Assembly (NCBI GenBank): GCA_046705265.1
Contig: JBJKQL010000066.1
Coordinates: forward strand, 15,130-39,129
Reading direction: 5' to 3'
Length of the DNA: 24,000 nt
From: Ferrovibrionaceae bacterium
GTDB taxonomy: Bacteria > Pseudomonadota > Alphaproteobacteria > Ferrovibrionales > Ferrovibrionaceae
A program made the translations under genes and the position numbers. Position 1 is the stretch's first letter; every line of letters begins with the position of its first letter. The notes under the pieces were generated by a model. The model worked only from the letters and a program-made list of their open reading frames with translations. It was not told the DNA's origin and did not search any database. Below, in pieces: positions 16,751-24,000 of this stretch.

Positions 16751-17818
16751 CTAGCCGTTGGCGGTGGTGAGCAGGAATTCAATGCGCCGGTTCAGGCTGT
16801 AATCCGCCGGCGTGTTGCCTTGCACCAGCGGGTGGTATTTGCTGAAGCCCGCCGCCGCGAGCCGTTTCGGTGGCACGCCCTGGCTGATCAGATATTTGAC
16901 CACCGAAACCGCGCGCGCCGTCGACAGATCCCAGTTTGAGGGAAATTGCGCGGTATGGATCGGTGCCGCGTCAGTATGGCCATCGACGCGCAGAATCCAG
17001 TTCAGGTTCGTCGGGATTTTCGGCGCGATCGCGAGCAGTGTCTTGGCCAGCTTCTGAAGCTCGGTCTGAGCTTGCGGCGTAAGCTGCGCCGAGCCGGTCG
17101 GAAACAGGATTTCCGACTGGAAGACGAAGCGGTCGCCGACGATGCGAATGCCCTTCTGATCGCCGAGAACCTTGCGCAGCTCGCCGAAAAACTCCGAGCG
17201 ATAGGCCGCGAGCTGCTGCACCTTCCGCGCCAGCGCGATATTGAGTTTCTTGCCAAGCGCCTCGATGATCGTCTTGTCTGCCGTGTCTTTGGCCTCTGAG
17301 ACTTTGAGCGCCGCGGCAATCTCGGCAAGCTGCTGGCGCACGGCCGCGACCTGCTCGTTCAACAACGCTTCCTGCGCCGCTGCTGCATCGGCCCGCTTGC
17401 TTTCCGCGCTAAGCTTGCCTTGGCTCGAGAGATAGAGCGACTGTAGCTGGCTGAGCTTTGTCTTCGCATTGGCCGCATTCTGGCTGGCTTGCGCGAGTTG
17501 CTGTTGGGTCTCGGCCAACTGGCTTTGCAGCTTGTCGCGCGTCGCGGTGACGCCGGTGAGTGAACTCGAGAGTTCCGTGACATTGACCCGGAGCGCGTTG
17601 TTTGCCTGACGCTCAAGGGAAAGTTGGGCCGCGAGGTTGCCGACCTCCGCGCGCAGCTTCTTCAAGGTCACTGTCTGGCCGGAAAGCGTTTCGCCAAGAA
17701 AGAACTGCGCCAGCACGAAGACGACAAGAAGGAAGACGATGACCATGACCAACGTCGACAAGACGTCGACGTAACCGGGCCATGCCTCCGCTGCTTGGCG
17801 AAGCGTGCGGCGCCGCAT
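16751..17818 (-). CDS. MotB/OmpA-like protein: N-terminal TM with a conserved Asp, a coiled-coil region of about 170 aa, and a C-terminal OmpA-type peptidoglycan-binding domain
   Basis: The TM is WPGYVDVLSTLVMVIVFLLVVFVL (Asp18). A Q/A/L-rich heptad-like region follows. The OmpA motifs are VDGHTDAAPI, FPSNWDLSTARAVSVVKYL and NRRIEFLL. Its ATG lies 3 nt after the upstream gene's stop. Confidence 0.8.
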   Translation of the reverse strand: MRRRTLRQAAEAWPGYVDVLSTLVMVIVFLLVVFVLAQFFLGETLSGQTVTLKKLRAEVGNLAAQLSLERQANNALRVNVTELSSSLTGVTATRDKLQSQLAETQQQLAQASQNAANAKTKLSQLQSLYLSSQGKLSAESKRADAAAAQEALLNEQVAAVRQQLAEIAAALKVSEAKDTADKTIIEALGKKLNIALARKVQQLAAYRSEFFGELRKVLGDQKGIRIVGDRFVFQSEILFPTGSAQLTPQAQTELQKLAKTLLAIAPKIPTNLNWILRVDGHTDAAPIHTAQFPSNWDLSTARAVSVVKYLISQGVPPKRLAAAGFSKYHPLVQGNTPADYSLNRRIEFLLTTANG

Positions 17819-17821
17819 CGT

Positions 17822-18958
17822 CTAGCCCTTCCGTTCTTCTCCGGCCGCGGCGATGGTGCGCGCCAAGAGGCGGATCTCGCTGCGAAGATCTTGGACGACT
17901 TGATTGCGGCCCTCGTTCACCCCTTCCACAAGCTGGCCAACGTAGATATCGAGATTACGCAGATGGCTGCGGCTCGCCGCGTCGAGCCCCCCGCTTTCTT
18001 GCGCGTTCGCAAGACGCTCAAGGATCGGTTTCATTGCCATCTGGTGCTCGACCAGCTTGATGAGAAGGTCGCCCTCGGCCCGCATCTGATCGGTCAACGT
18101 GGCGAGCCTTTCGGTGAGCTGGCGAAGCGCGGCATCGGCGGTGCCACGGCTGTCCTCCGCCCGCGCCATGGTACGCTGCAGGTTTTCCAGGCTGTCCGCC
18201 GTTTGTTCGAGAAGCGCCTGGACATAGGCCGGCACGTTCGCCTCGCCCTCGAGCGGGCCGACGCCACTCGAAACCCGCGTCACTGTGGCCAGCCATTCCT
18301 CGAACTCGTTGTAGAAGCGGTTTTGCGCTTGGCTGGCCTGAAGATCGAGAAAGCCCAGGATCAGCGAGCCGGCGAGACCGAGGAGCGAAGACGAAAACGC
18401 CGTACCCATGCCGGCGAGCGGCCCTTGCAGGCCGTGCTTCAGGTTATTAAAGATGGTGGTGAGATTGCCGGTTCCGGGGGAGAGCGAATTGATGGTATCG
18501 CCGATCGATCCGACCGTGATCAAGAGGCCCCAGAAGGTGCCGAGCAGGCCGAGGAAAATCATCAGTGCAATGACGTAACGCGAGGTGTCGCGCGATTCGT
18601 CAAGCCGGGCGCTGATCGAATCCAACAATGATCGCGAGGATGCCGGAGACAGCCGAATCTTCGCCGAATGATCGCGGAACATCGCCGCCATCGGCGCCAA
18701 AAGCTTGGGTGGTGCGGGCAAGGCGAGGCCGGGCTCGGCGCGGCGGAAGGTTTCCAGCCAGACCACTTCCTGGCGCAGCACCACCACCTGGCGGAAGATA
18801 TAGGCGATGCCGAACAACAGAACGGCGCCGATCAGCGTGTTTAGGGGCGGGTTCGCCAGGTAGGCGCGTTCAATTCGGCTGATCAACGCCGCCGCCACGA
18901 GGGTGGCGACGATCAGAAAGATCACCATCCGCGTCAAATACTGCCGTGGCCTTGTCAT
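17822..18958 (-). CDS. MotA/TolQ/ExbB-family proton-channel protein with a C-terminal helical tail of about 165 aa
   Basis: Four TM segments. Family motifs are FLGLLGTFWGLLITVGSI and LAGMGTAFSSSLLGLAGSLILGFLDL. The start is ATG 18958 (AAGG 7 nt upstream) or 18964. The track start at 19048 is rejected. Confidence 0.8.
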   Translation of the reverse strand: MTRPRQYLTRMVIFLIVATLVAAALISRIERAYLANPPLNTLIGAVLLFGIAYIFRQVVVLRQEVVWLETFRRAEPGLALPAPPKLLAPMAAMFRDHSAKIRLSPASSRSLLDSISARLDESRDTSRYVIALMIFLGLLGTFWGLLITVGSIGDTINSLSPGTGNLTTIFNNLKHGLQGPLAGMGTAFSSSLLGLAGSLILGFLDLQASQAQNRFYNEFEEWLATVTRVSSGVGPLEGEANVPAYVQALLEQTADSLENLQRTMARAEDSRGTADAALRQLTERLATLTDQMRAEGDLLIKLVEHQMAMKPILERLANAQESGGLDAASRSHLRNLDIYVGQLVEGVNEGRNQVVQDLRSEIRLLARTIAAAGEERKG

Positions 18959-19146
18959 CGGCATGCCTTTCCGCGCTTCAGCTTTTCCGCAGCCCTCAAA
19001 CCCGCCGCCCGTTCCATGAAAGTCGGGAAACGCGCCGCCCCACCCCACTCACCTCACCACCGCGACCGCCTGCTCCGGCGCCAAGGTTTGAGCGACCGTG
19101 GTTGCCATGCGGCGCGGAACCATCCCAAGCCCGTCTTTTTGTCGGA

Positions 19147-19176
19147 ATTATGTCGGCGATAGTGAGATGTCGGCAA
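19147..19176 (-). promoter_or_regulatory. Sigma70-like promoter candidate, TTGCCG-18 nt-CATAAT on the minus strand, upstream of the MotA-like gene
   Basis: Hexamers read directly. Use of this promoter would give a 5' leader of about 180 nt. Confidence 0.25.
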
Positions 19177-19216
19177 GGGAACCGCCGCCTGATGAGGTCG
19201 GCGGAGCAGCGGTTCA

Positions 19217-20284
19217 TCACTCGGCCAGCGAGCGGATGTCGACGCGATCCGGCGGTCCGCTCGCCGCCGCGCCGAGTGCGCGCACGTCGATGCGGGTATC
19301 GGCAACGCCCTTGTTCATAAGATAGGCGCGCACCGCGAGCGCTCGCGTCAGCGACAGCATGCGGGCGCCATCGGCGGCGCTCTGCGCCGCATAGGCCTTA
19401 AGCTCGATGCGCTCGTTATTGCCGGCAAGCTCTGCGGCGAGCTTGGAGAGCTCGGTCTGCGCTTTGGGGCTGAGCGTTGATTGATTGGCGCCGAAGGGGA
19501 TGCTGAGCGCGATTTTTGGCGCAGGCGCTGCCATCGCCGCCGGGGGGGCGGCGGTCGTCGCCATACGAGTTTCGCTTGGCGGTTGCGGCATGCCGCCGCC
19601 GAGCGCTCCGCCGATTTGAATGCCGCCACCCGAAGAGGCTGCGGCCGGTGTCGGGGCGACCGGTGTCGCTGTGCTTTGCGGATTCGCAGCCATCGCCTGC
19701 GGCATCTTGCCGGCGGGCGAGGTTTCGGGCGTCGTCGCGGCACCGCGCGCCGCGGTGGCGGCAGTGGCGCTCGGGCTTGTCTCGGCCGGCGCCTTGGTCG
19801 CGGCCGGTTGCGAAGCGGTTGCCGTCGCGGTGCTTTGCGGATTCGCGGCTGTCGCCTGCGGCGTCTTGCCCGCGGACGAGGGTTCGGGCGGTGTTGCAGC
19901 GGTTCGCGCTGCGGGGGTGACAGTGACGCTCGGACTTGCCTCGGCGGGCGCCGTGGGGGACGATTCGCCCGTCGTTTCCTGGCTTGGTTTGGCGGCAGGC
20001 TTAGCGACGAGTTCTGCTTCGAGGGCAAGCGGTGGCGCCAATGGCAGCGGGATCGGCCGCCGAATCCGGGCGCGGCGATAGACTGGCATATGAAGATGAA
20101 TCACCGGACCTTCAGAACCCGAAGCGGGAGGCAGCGCGTCAAGAACGCCCATATGGATCTCGATGCCGGAATTGTTGCCCGCCATCATCAGACCCCGTGC
20201 GTCGGCACCGGTGGCGAGACTTGAGAGCAACGCGACACTCACACCAAGGGCAAGTCCGAAACGCGGCCTCCGCCCTCGCGGCAT
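19217..20284 (-). CDS. Exported or anchored Pro/Ala/Thr-rich protein with a C-terminal OmpA-like domain
   Basis: The N-terminus is MPRGRRPRFGLALGVSVALLSSLATGADA (signal peptide or anchor). A low-complexity PT/A-rich region of about 170 aa follows. The C-terminus is ALSIPFGANQSTLSPKAQTELSKLA...RMLSLTRALAVRAYL...RVDIR. The start could alternatively be ATG 20353. Confidence 0.7.
   Translation of the reverse strand: MPRGRRPRFGLALGVSVALLSSLATGADARGLMMAGNNSGIEIHMGVLDALPPASGSEGPVIHLHMPVYRRARIRRPIPLPLAPPLALEAELVAKPAAKPSQETTGESSPTAPAEASPSVTVTPAARTAATPPEPSSAGKTPQATAANPQSTATATASQPAATKAPAETSPSATAATAARGAATTPETSPAGKMPQAMAANPQSTATPVAPTPAAASSGGGIQIGGALGGGMPQPPSETRMATTAAPPAAMAAPAPKIALSIPFGANQSTLSPKAQTELSKLAAELAGNNERIELKAYAAQSAADGARMLSLTRALAVRAYLMNKGVADTRIDVRALGAAASGPPDRVDIRSLAE
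19671..19964. repeat. Imperfect tandem duplication with 159-bp period (2 copies, roughly 80% identical by eye) inside the OmpA-like gene
   Basis: GTGCTTTGCGGATTCGC occurs at 19671 and again at 19830, with colinear similarity for about 135 bp. It encodes two 53-aa repeats (..PAGK.PQA.AANPQSTAT..). Confidence 0.8.
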
Positions 20285-20390
20285 GAAAGATGCCGGTCTT
20301 GGCGTTCCGCTAGTTCTCCTCAACGGCCATCCCCGCTCATTTTTCGCCGACATTAGCCCATGCCCTGCAAAGCGACAACCGCCTTGCGGT

Positions 20391-21206
20391 TTAGCGCCCC
20401 GCCGGCCGCTGCCGTTTCGCGCGTTGCAGCAGCGTGCGGATCGGCTCATAAAGGCTCGCGTTGGTGGCGAGGATGCTGCCAGTCTCCAACATCTTCTGGC
20501 CGCCGTCGATCTCGCTGATAAGGCCGCCAGCTTCGCGTACGAGCAGAATGCCGGCGGAAATGTCCCAACGGTTCAGGCCGGTTTCCCAGAAACCCTCATA
20601 ACGTCCGGCCGCGACATAGGCAAGATCGAGCGCGGCGGCACCGAACCGGCGAATGCCTGCGACTTCGGCTGCGATCGCCGCCAGTTCGGCGAGAAAATTT
20701 TCATGACCGTCCTTGCCGTGAAAGGGGATGCCGGTCGCGAGCACGGCTTCGGTCAGTTTGCTGCGTGACGATACGCGGAGGCGATGGTCATTAAGATGGG
20801 CCCCTTGTCCCTTCTCGGCCCAGAACAACTCGTCCTTGACCGGGTCATATATGACGCCGGCCACCGGCTGGCCTTCGCGCTCGAGCCCGATCGAGATCGC
20901 AAAATGCGGAATTCCGTGCAGGAAGTTGGTGGTGCCATCCAAGGGATCGACGACCCAGATGAATTCGCCGTCGCTACCCGAGATTTCACCTCCTTCCTCC
21001 ATGCGGAAGCCGAAGGCGGGACGCGCCTTGAGCAATTCGCGCCGCAGAACCTCCTCGGCGCGGAGATCGGCGGCGCTGACGAAATCCGCTGGGCCCTTCC
21101 GCGAGACCTGCAGCTGCTCGACCTCGCCGAAATCGCGCACGAGGCCGCGGGCGGCCTTGCGCGCGGCCTGCGCCATGACATGTATAAGAGCGGAGCGGTG
21201 CGCCAT
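20391..21206 (-). CDS. suhB: Inositol monophosphatase family protein SuhB
   Basis: 271 aa from ATG 21206 (MAHRSALIHVMAQAARKAARGLVRDFGEVEQLQVSRKGPADFVSAAD). IMPase motifs are WVVDPLDGTTNFLHG and WDISAG. The track start at 21326 overlaps thiE and is rejected. Confidence 0.9.
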   Translation of the reverse strand: MAHRSALIHVMAQAARKAARGLVRDFGEVEQLQVSRKGPADFVSAADLRAEEVLRRELLKARPAFGFRMEEGGEISGSDGEFIWVVDPLDGTTNFLHGIPHFAISIGLEREGQPVAGVIYDPVKDELFWAEKGQGAHLNDHRLRVSSRSKLTEAVLATGIPFHGKDGHENFLAELAAIAAEVAGIRRFGAAALDLAYVAAGRYEGFWETGLNRWDISAGILLVREAGGLISEIDGGQKMLETGSILATNASLYEPIRTLLQRAKRQRPAGR

Positions 21207-21250
21207 TCTGTGATGTCGGAGCCATACCTGTCGGAAGGGCCGCGACCCTA

Positions 21251-21886
21251 TCAGCCGCCGCCCGGGTTGGCAATCGCTTGTAGGAAGGCCTTCACCGCTG
21301 CGGCGGGGCCGGCCGGATACTGCCATATCCCGGCGATCACCGCGAGAAAATCAGCGCCGGCCTCGACAAGGGAAGCGCAGTTCTCGACCGTGATGCCGCC
21401 GATCGCGACGGACGGAATTTCGAAGATCTCATCCCACCAGCGAAGAATCTCCGGGTCGGCGAGGGTCGAGACGGATTTTGTCGCGGTCGGATAGAAGCTA
21501 CCAAAGGCGACGTAATCGGCGCCCTGTTCGGCTGCTTTCATGGCGAGATGGCGCGAGGCATGACAAGTGACGCCGATGATCTTATCCGTCCCAAGGAGCG
21601 CGCGTGCGGCGGCGTAATCCGCGTCTTGCTGCCCGATATGGACGCCGTCGGCGTCCATTTCCTTGGCCAGATCCGGTCGATCGTTGACGATGAAAGCGAC
21701 CTCGCGCGCTTCCGCTATCGGCTTCAACGCCGCGATGGTCCGGCGCCAGACGTCGTCGCCGACGTCTTTCAGCCGGAGCTGTAAGGCCGCGACGTCGCCG
21801 GCATCGAGGGTGCGCGCGAGAGCTTCCGCGAACGGCGCAAGATCCAGCGTCGGCGGCGTAATCAGATAAAGTCTGGTCGGGTGCAG
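21251..21886 (-). CDS. thiE: Thiamine-phosphate synthase ThiE; no canonical start codon, putative CTG start at 21886
   Basis: My own translation upstream of the track TTG (21727) stays open and reads [41 protein letters not shown], the conserved ThiE N-terminus. The frame is closed by a TAA just upstream. Total length would be 211 aa, a typical ThiE size. Confidence 0.75.
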   Translation of the reverse strand: MHPTRLYLITPPTLDLAPFAEALARTLDAGDVAALQLRLKDVGDDVWRRTIAALKPIAEAREVAFIVNDRPDLAKEMDADGVHIGQQDADYAAARALLGTDKIIGVTCHASRHLAMKAAEQGADYVAFGSFYPTATKSVSTLADPEILRWWDEIFEIPSVAIGGITVENCASLVEAGADFLAVIAGIWQYPAGPAAAVKAFLQAIANPGGG

Positions 21887-21888
21887 GT

Positions 21889-22818
21889 CTAATCCCGCCC
21901 TTTATAGATATCGACCAGCTTGTCGAGCATGGCGACGGCCTCCGCCCGCGGACGCTGGAACGTGTTGCGGCCGATGATCGAGCCGTTGCCGCCGCCCTCG
22001 CGGATCGCGCGGGCATCGTCGAATACCGCGTCCGACCCCTTGGCCGCGCCGCCCGAGAAAACCACGACGCGCCGGCCCCGGAAACAGGCCTGCACGACAT
22101 GGGCGACGCGCTTTGCTTGGGTCGAGATGTCGATTTTCTGCGCTTCGTAGACTTTTTTCGCCTCGGCCTGCTCGATGTGCGCGGTGGGCAACTTGACCTT
22201 GATGATATGGGCGCCGATTAGTGCCGCCATATGGGCGGCATAGGCAACGACGTCGATCGCGGTTTCACCTTCTTTGGAAAGGTCGCCGCCCCGGGGGTAG
22301 GACCAGACAACGACGGCGAGGCCGTGCGACTTGGCCTCGCGCGCCAAGGCCCGCACTTCCTCGATCATGCCATAGGCCGCATCGGAGCCGGGATAGATGG
22401 TGAAGCCGACGGCGGCGCAGCCAAGCCGGAGCGCGTCACGGACCGAGGCGGTCACCGCCTGGTCAGCGCCGGCCTTGTTGCGGTCGAGGCTGTTTGCCGA
22501 ATTCATTTTAAGAATAAGGGGCATTTCGCCGGCGAAGGTATCGACGCCGGCCTCGAGCATGCCGAGCACGCTGGCATAGGCGCTAAGTCCGGCGTCCCGC
22601 GCGAGCTCGAAGTGGTAATGCGGATCATAGGCCGGCGGATTGGGTGCAAACGATCGCGCTGGCCCGTGCTCGAATCCCTGATCGACCGGCAGGATGACCA
22701 GCTTGCCAGTGCCGCCTAGGCGCCCGTGCATCAGAATGCGGGCAAGATTGGCCTTGGTGCCGGGGTTGTCGCTCTCGTAACAGGAAAGGATTTCGCGTAC
22801 ACGATCGGTTATGGCCAT
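21889..22818 (-). CDS. fbaB: Class I fructose-bisphosphate aldolase, FbaB/DhnA (DeoC/LacD superfamily) type
   Basis: 309 aa. [35 protein letters not shown] closely parallels the E. coli FbaB motif. The Schiff-base Lys context is IIKVKLP. SD GAGGG lies upstream of the ATG. Confidence 0.85.
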   Translation of the reverse strand: MAITDRVREILSCYESDNPGTKANLARILMHGRLGGTGKLVILPVDQGFEHGPARSFAPNPPAYDPHYHFELARDAGLSAYASVLGMLEAGVDTFAGEMPLILKMNSANSLDRNKAGADQAVTASVRDALRLGCAAVGFTIYPGSDAAYGMIEEVRALAREAKSHGLAVVVWSYPRGGDLSKEGETAIDVVAYAAHMAALIGAHIIKVKLPTAHIEQAEAKKVYEAQKIDISTQAKRVAHVVQACFRGRRVVVFSGGAAKGSDAVFDDARAIREGGGNGSIIGRNTFQRPRAEAVAMLDKLVDIYKGRD

Positions 22819-23023
22819 GGCGCCCTCTTAATATGCGGGTGAAAGCGGCGGTGGCGTCTCCTTAGCCCAAGTCTTCGCCTTTTGGCAACGTCCCTCGCCA
22901 GATCGCAACCGGCAGATTGACGGCCGGCCAAGCGCTACTTTATCGAAAGGAGCCAAACTTGGCGATCGAACGGGTGCCCTCCGCGTCGATCTTGCTGTAT
23001 GGTCGCGCCCGGACGAGAGGATC

Positions 23024-24000
23024 ATGACCGAAGACGCCGAAATCGCCCTTTCCAGCAAGGCTTGGCCGTTCGAGGAAGCGGCCAAGCTCGTCGTGCGCAT
23101 GAAGAACCGCGCGACGCCGAAGTCTTTCGTCCTGTTCGAGACCGGCTACGGGCCCTCGGGCCTGCCTCATATCGGCACTTTCGGCGAGGTGGCACGCACC
23201 TCGATGGTGCGTCACGCCTTCGCGCTGCTCTCCGATGTGCCGACGCGGCTGATCGCCTTTTCCGACGACATGGACGGGTTGCGCAAGGTGCCGGACAACG
23301 TGCCGAACCCGGACTTGCTCGGTCGCTTCATCGATTATCCCTTGACGCGTGTGCCCGATCCCTTCGGTTGCTGCGAAAGCTTCGCTCATCACAACAACGG
23401 CAAGCTCCGTGAATTTCTGGACGCCTTCGGCTTCGAATACGAGTTCATGAGCGCCACCCAATGTTATCAAAGCGGCCGTTTCGATAAGACGCTGCTCGAG
23501 ATGCTGCATCACTACCAGGACATCATGGCGATCATGCTGCCATCCTTGCGCGCCGAGCGGGCGGCGACCTACAGCCCTTTCCTGCCGATCTCGCCGAAAA
23601 CCGGGAAAGTGCTGCAAGTCCCCTTGATCGCGACCGATCCGAATTCCGGCACCATCGCCTTCCACGACGAGGATGGCAAAGCGACGGAGGTCCCGGTGAC
23701 CGGCGGCCATTGCAAGCTGCAATGGAAAGCCGATTGGGCGATGCGCTGGCGTGCCTTCGGCGTCGATTACGAGATGTACGGCAAGGATCTGATCCCTTCG
23801 GCCAAGCTCTCGGGCCATATCTGCGGGCGCCTGCGCCAGCCGCCGCCCGAGGGCTTCGCCTACGAGCTTTTCCTGGACGCCAATGGCGAGAAGATATCGA
23901 AATCGCGCGGCAACGGCCTCACCATCGAGGAATGGCTCACATATGCCTCGCCGGAGAGCCTTGCCTATTTCATGTATCAGAAGCCGACAGCGGCGAAGCG
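23024..24000 (+). CDS. lysK: Class I lysyl-tRNA synthetase, N-terminal about 325 aa (3' end lies outside the window)
   Basis: Not in the ORF track because there is no stop inside the window. My own translation from ATG 23024 (SD GAGAGG) reads [23 protein letters not shown]...[25 protein letters not shown] (HIGH-like) and ...[18 protein letters not shown] (KMSKS-like). Confidence 0.9.
   Translation, partial: MTEDAEIALSSKAWPFEEAAKLVVRMKNRATPKSFVLFETGYGPSGLPHIGTFGEVARTSMVRHAFALLSDVPTRLIAFSDDMDGLRKVPDNVPNPDLLGRFIDYPLTRVPDPFGCCESFAHHNNGKLREFLDAFGFEYEFMSATQCYQSGRFDKTLLEMLHHYQDIMAIMLPSLRAERAATYSPFLPISPKTGKVLQVPLIATDPNSGTIAFHDEDGKATEVPVTGGHCKLQWKADWAMRWRAFGVDYEMYGKDLIPSAKLSGHICGRLRQPPPEGFAYELFLDANGEKISKSRGNGLTIEEWLTYASPESLAYFMYQKPTAAK

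Noticed and set aside
16751-20284. MotA/MotB-like pair considered as a Zorya (ZorAB) anti-phage system
   Set aside because: No ZorC/ZorD/ZorE-like helicase or nuclease genes are adjacent. The MotA-like tail is only about 165 aa, against the several-hundred-residue ZorA tail. The flanking genes are housekeeping (cyaY, suhB) with no island signatures. It is kept as an uncharacterised motor and not called a defence system.
20377-20391. Small hairpin AACCGC-AAG-GCGGTT just after the suhB stop, as a terminator
   Set aside because: It has a 5-6 bp stem with a 3-nt loop and only a weak TGTCGCTTTG tail. It is too marginal to annotate.
21207-21250. Possible alphaproteobacterial suhB RNA motif upstream of suhB
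   Set aside because: Only 44 nt separate thiE from suhB, and I cannot recall or verify the covariance model by eye. An Rfam/Infernal scan (RF00519) would be needed, so no call is made.
10152-21326. N-terminal extensions of track ORFs (MFS to 10340, gdhB to 15054, GlcG-like from 14926, MotA-like to 19048, OmpA-like to 20449, suhB to 21326)
   Set aside because: The extensions overlap neighbouring genes or intergenic promoters and encode non-conserved Arg/Gly-rich sequence. Internal ATGs with good SD spacing coincide with the conserved family N-termini or signal peptides.
21889-21905. Programmed -1 frameshift from fbaB into the thiE frame
   Set aside because: The thiE frame carries a TAA within the last fbaB codons (TATAAAGGG region). 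No X-XXY-YYZ slippery heptamer follows that stop, and no downstream stimulatory structure is evident. A CTG start or reinitiation is simpler.
433-23818. Many long alternative-frame or antisense ORFs in the track (e.g. 433-1332+, 2351-3652-, 2760-3791-, 4852-5742-, 6188-6967+, 10483-11745+, 13450-14094+, 17624-18631+, 19348-20028-, 19481-20224+, 20784-21494+, 22940-23818-)
   Set aside because: Each lies wholly inside a gene with clear family motifs. Their products are Arg/Pro/Ala/Gly-rich low-complexity sequences typical of off-frame translation of high-GC DNA, and they lack SD sequences.
1-24000. Scan for tRNA/rRNA genes, CRISPR arrays, IS elements, integrases, toxin-antitoxin pairs and phage genes
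   Set aside because: No cloverleaf-like segments, regularly spaced direct repeats, terminal inverted repeats with a transposase, or small paired ORFs were seen in any intergenic region. The window looks like core chromosome.

Overview
High-GC chromosomal segment (G+C judged by eye, not computed) with alphaproteobacterial-type gene content. It is densely packed with core housekeeping genes. In order: zapE 3' end, a UbiH-family flavin monooxygenase, a stand-alone PII protein, a DapC-like aminotransferase, ftsK, an HTH-citrate-synthase-like fusion divergent from an atypical family III CoA-transferase, a UMF1-type MFS transporter, the giant NAD-glutamate dehydrogenase, a secreted GlcG/HbpS-like protein, a small 4-TM protein, cyaY, a MotB-like/MotA-like pair with a Pro/Ala/Thr-rich OmpA-like protein upstream, suhB, thiE, class I aldolase (FbaB type), and the 5' part of a class I lysyl-tRNA synthetase. 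The last gene is missing from the ORF track because it runs off the window. I found no tRNA/rRNA, CRISPR array, IS element, integrase or phage genes, and no obvious island boundary. Most long alternative-frame or antisense ORFs in the track are high-GC artefacts, and several track ORFs have spurious N-terminal extensions that I trimmed using SD and start-codon context. Two modules look under-described. The first (6116-8796) is a DNA-binding domain fused to an apparently catalytically intact citrate-synthase fold. It is divergently paired, across a perfect 17-bp palindrome, with a CoA-transferase whose domain order looks permuted. The second (16751-20284) is a non-flagellar MotA/MotB-like (5:2 stator-type) pair with extra coiled-coil regions, plus a TonB/TolA-like Pro-rich OmpA-domain protein. 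Smaller oddities are thiE lacking any canonical start codon directly after the fbaB stop, three convergent gene pairs with almost no intergenic space, and a stem-loop enclosing the PII stop codon. All functional calls rest on motif recognition by eye; no searches were run.
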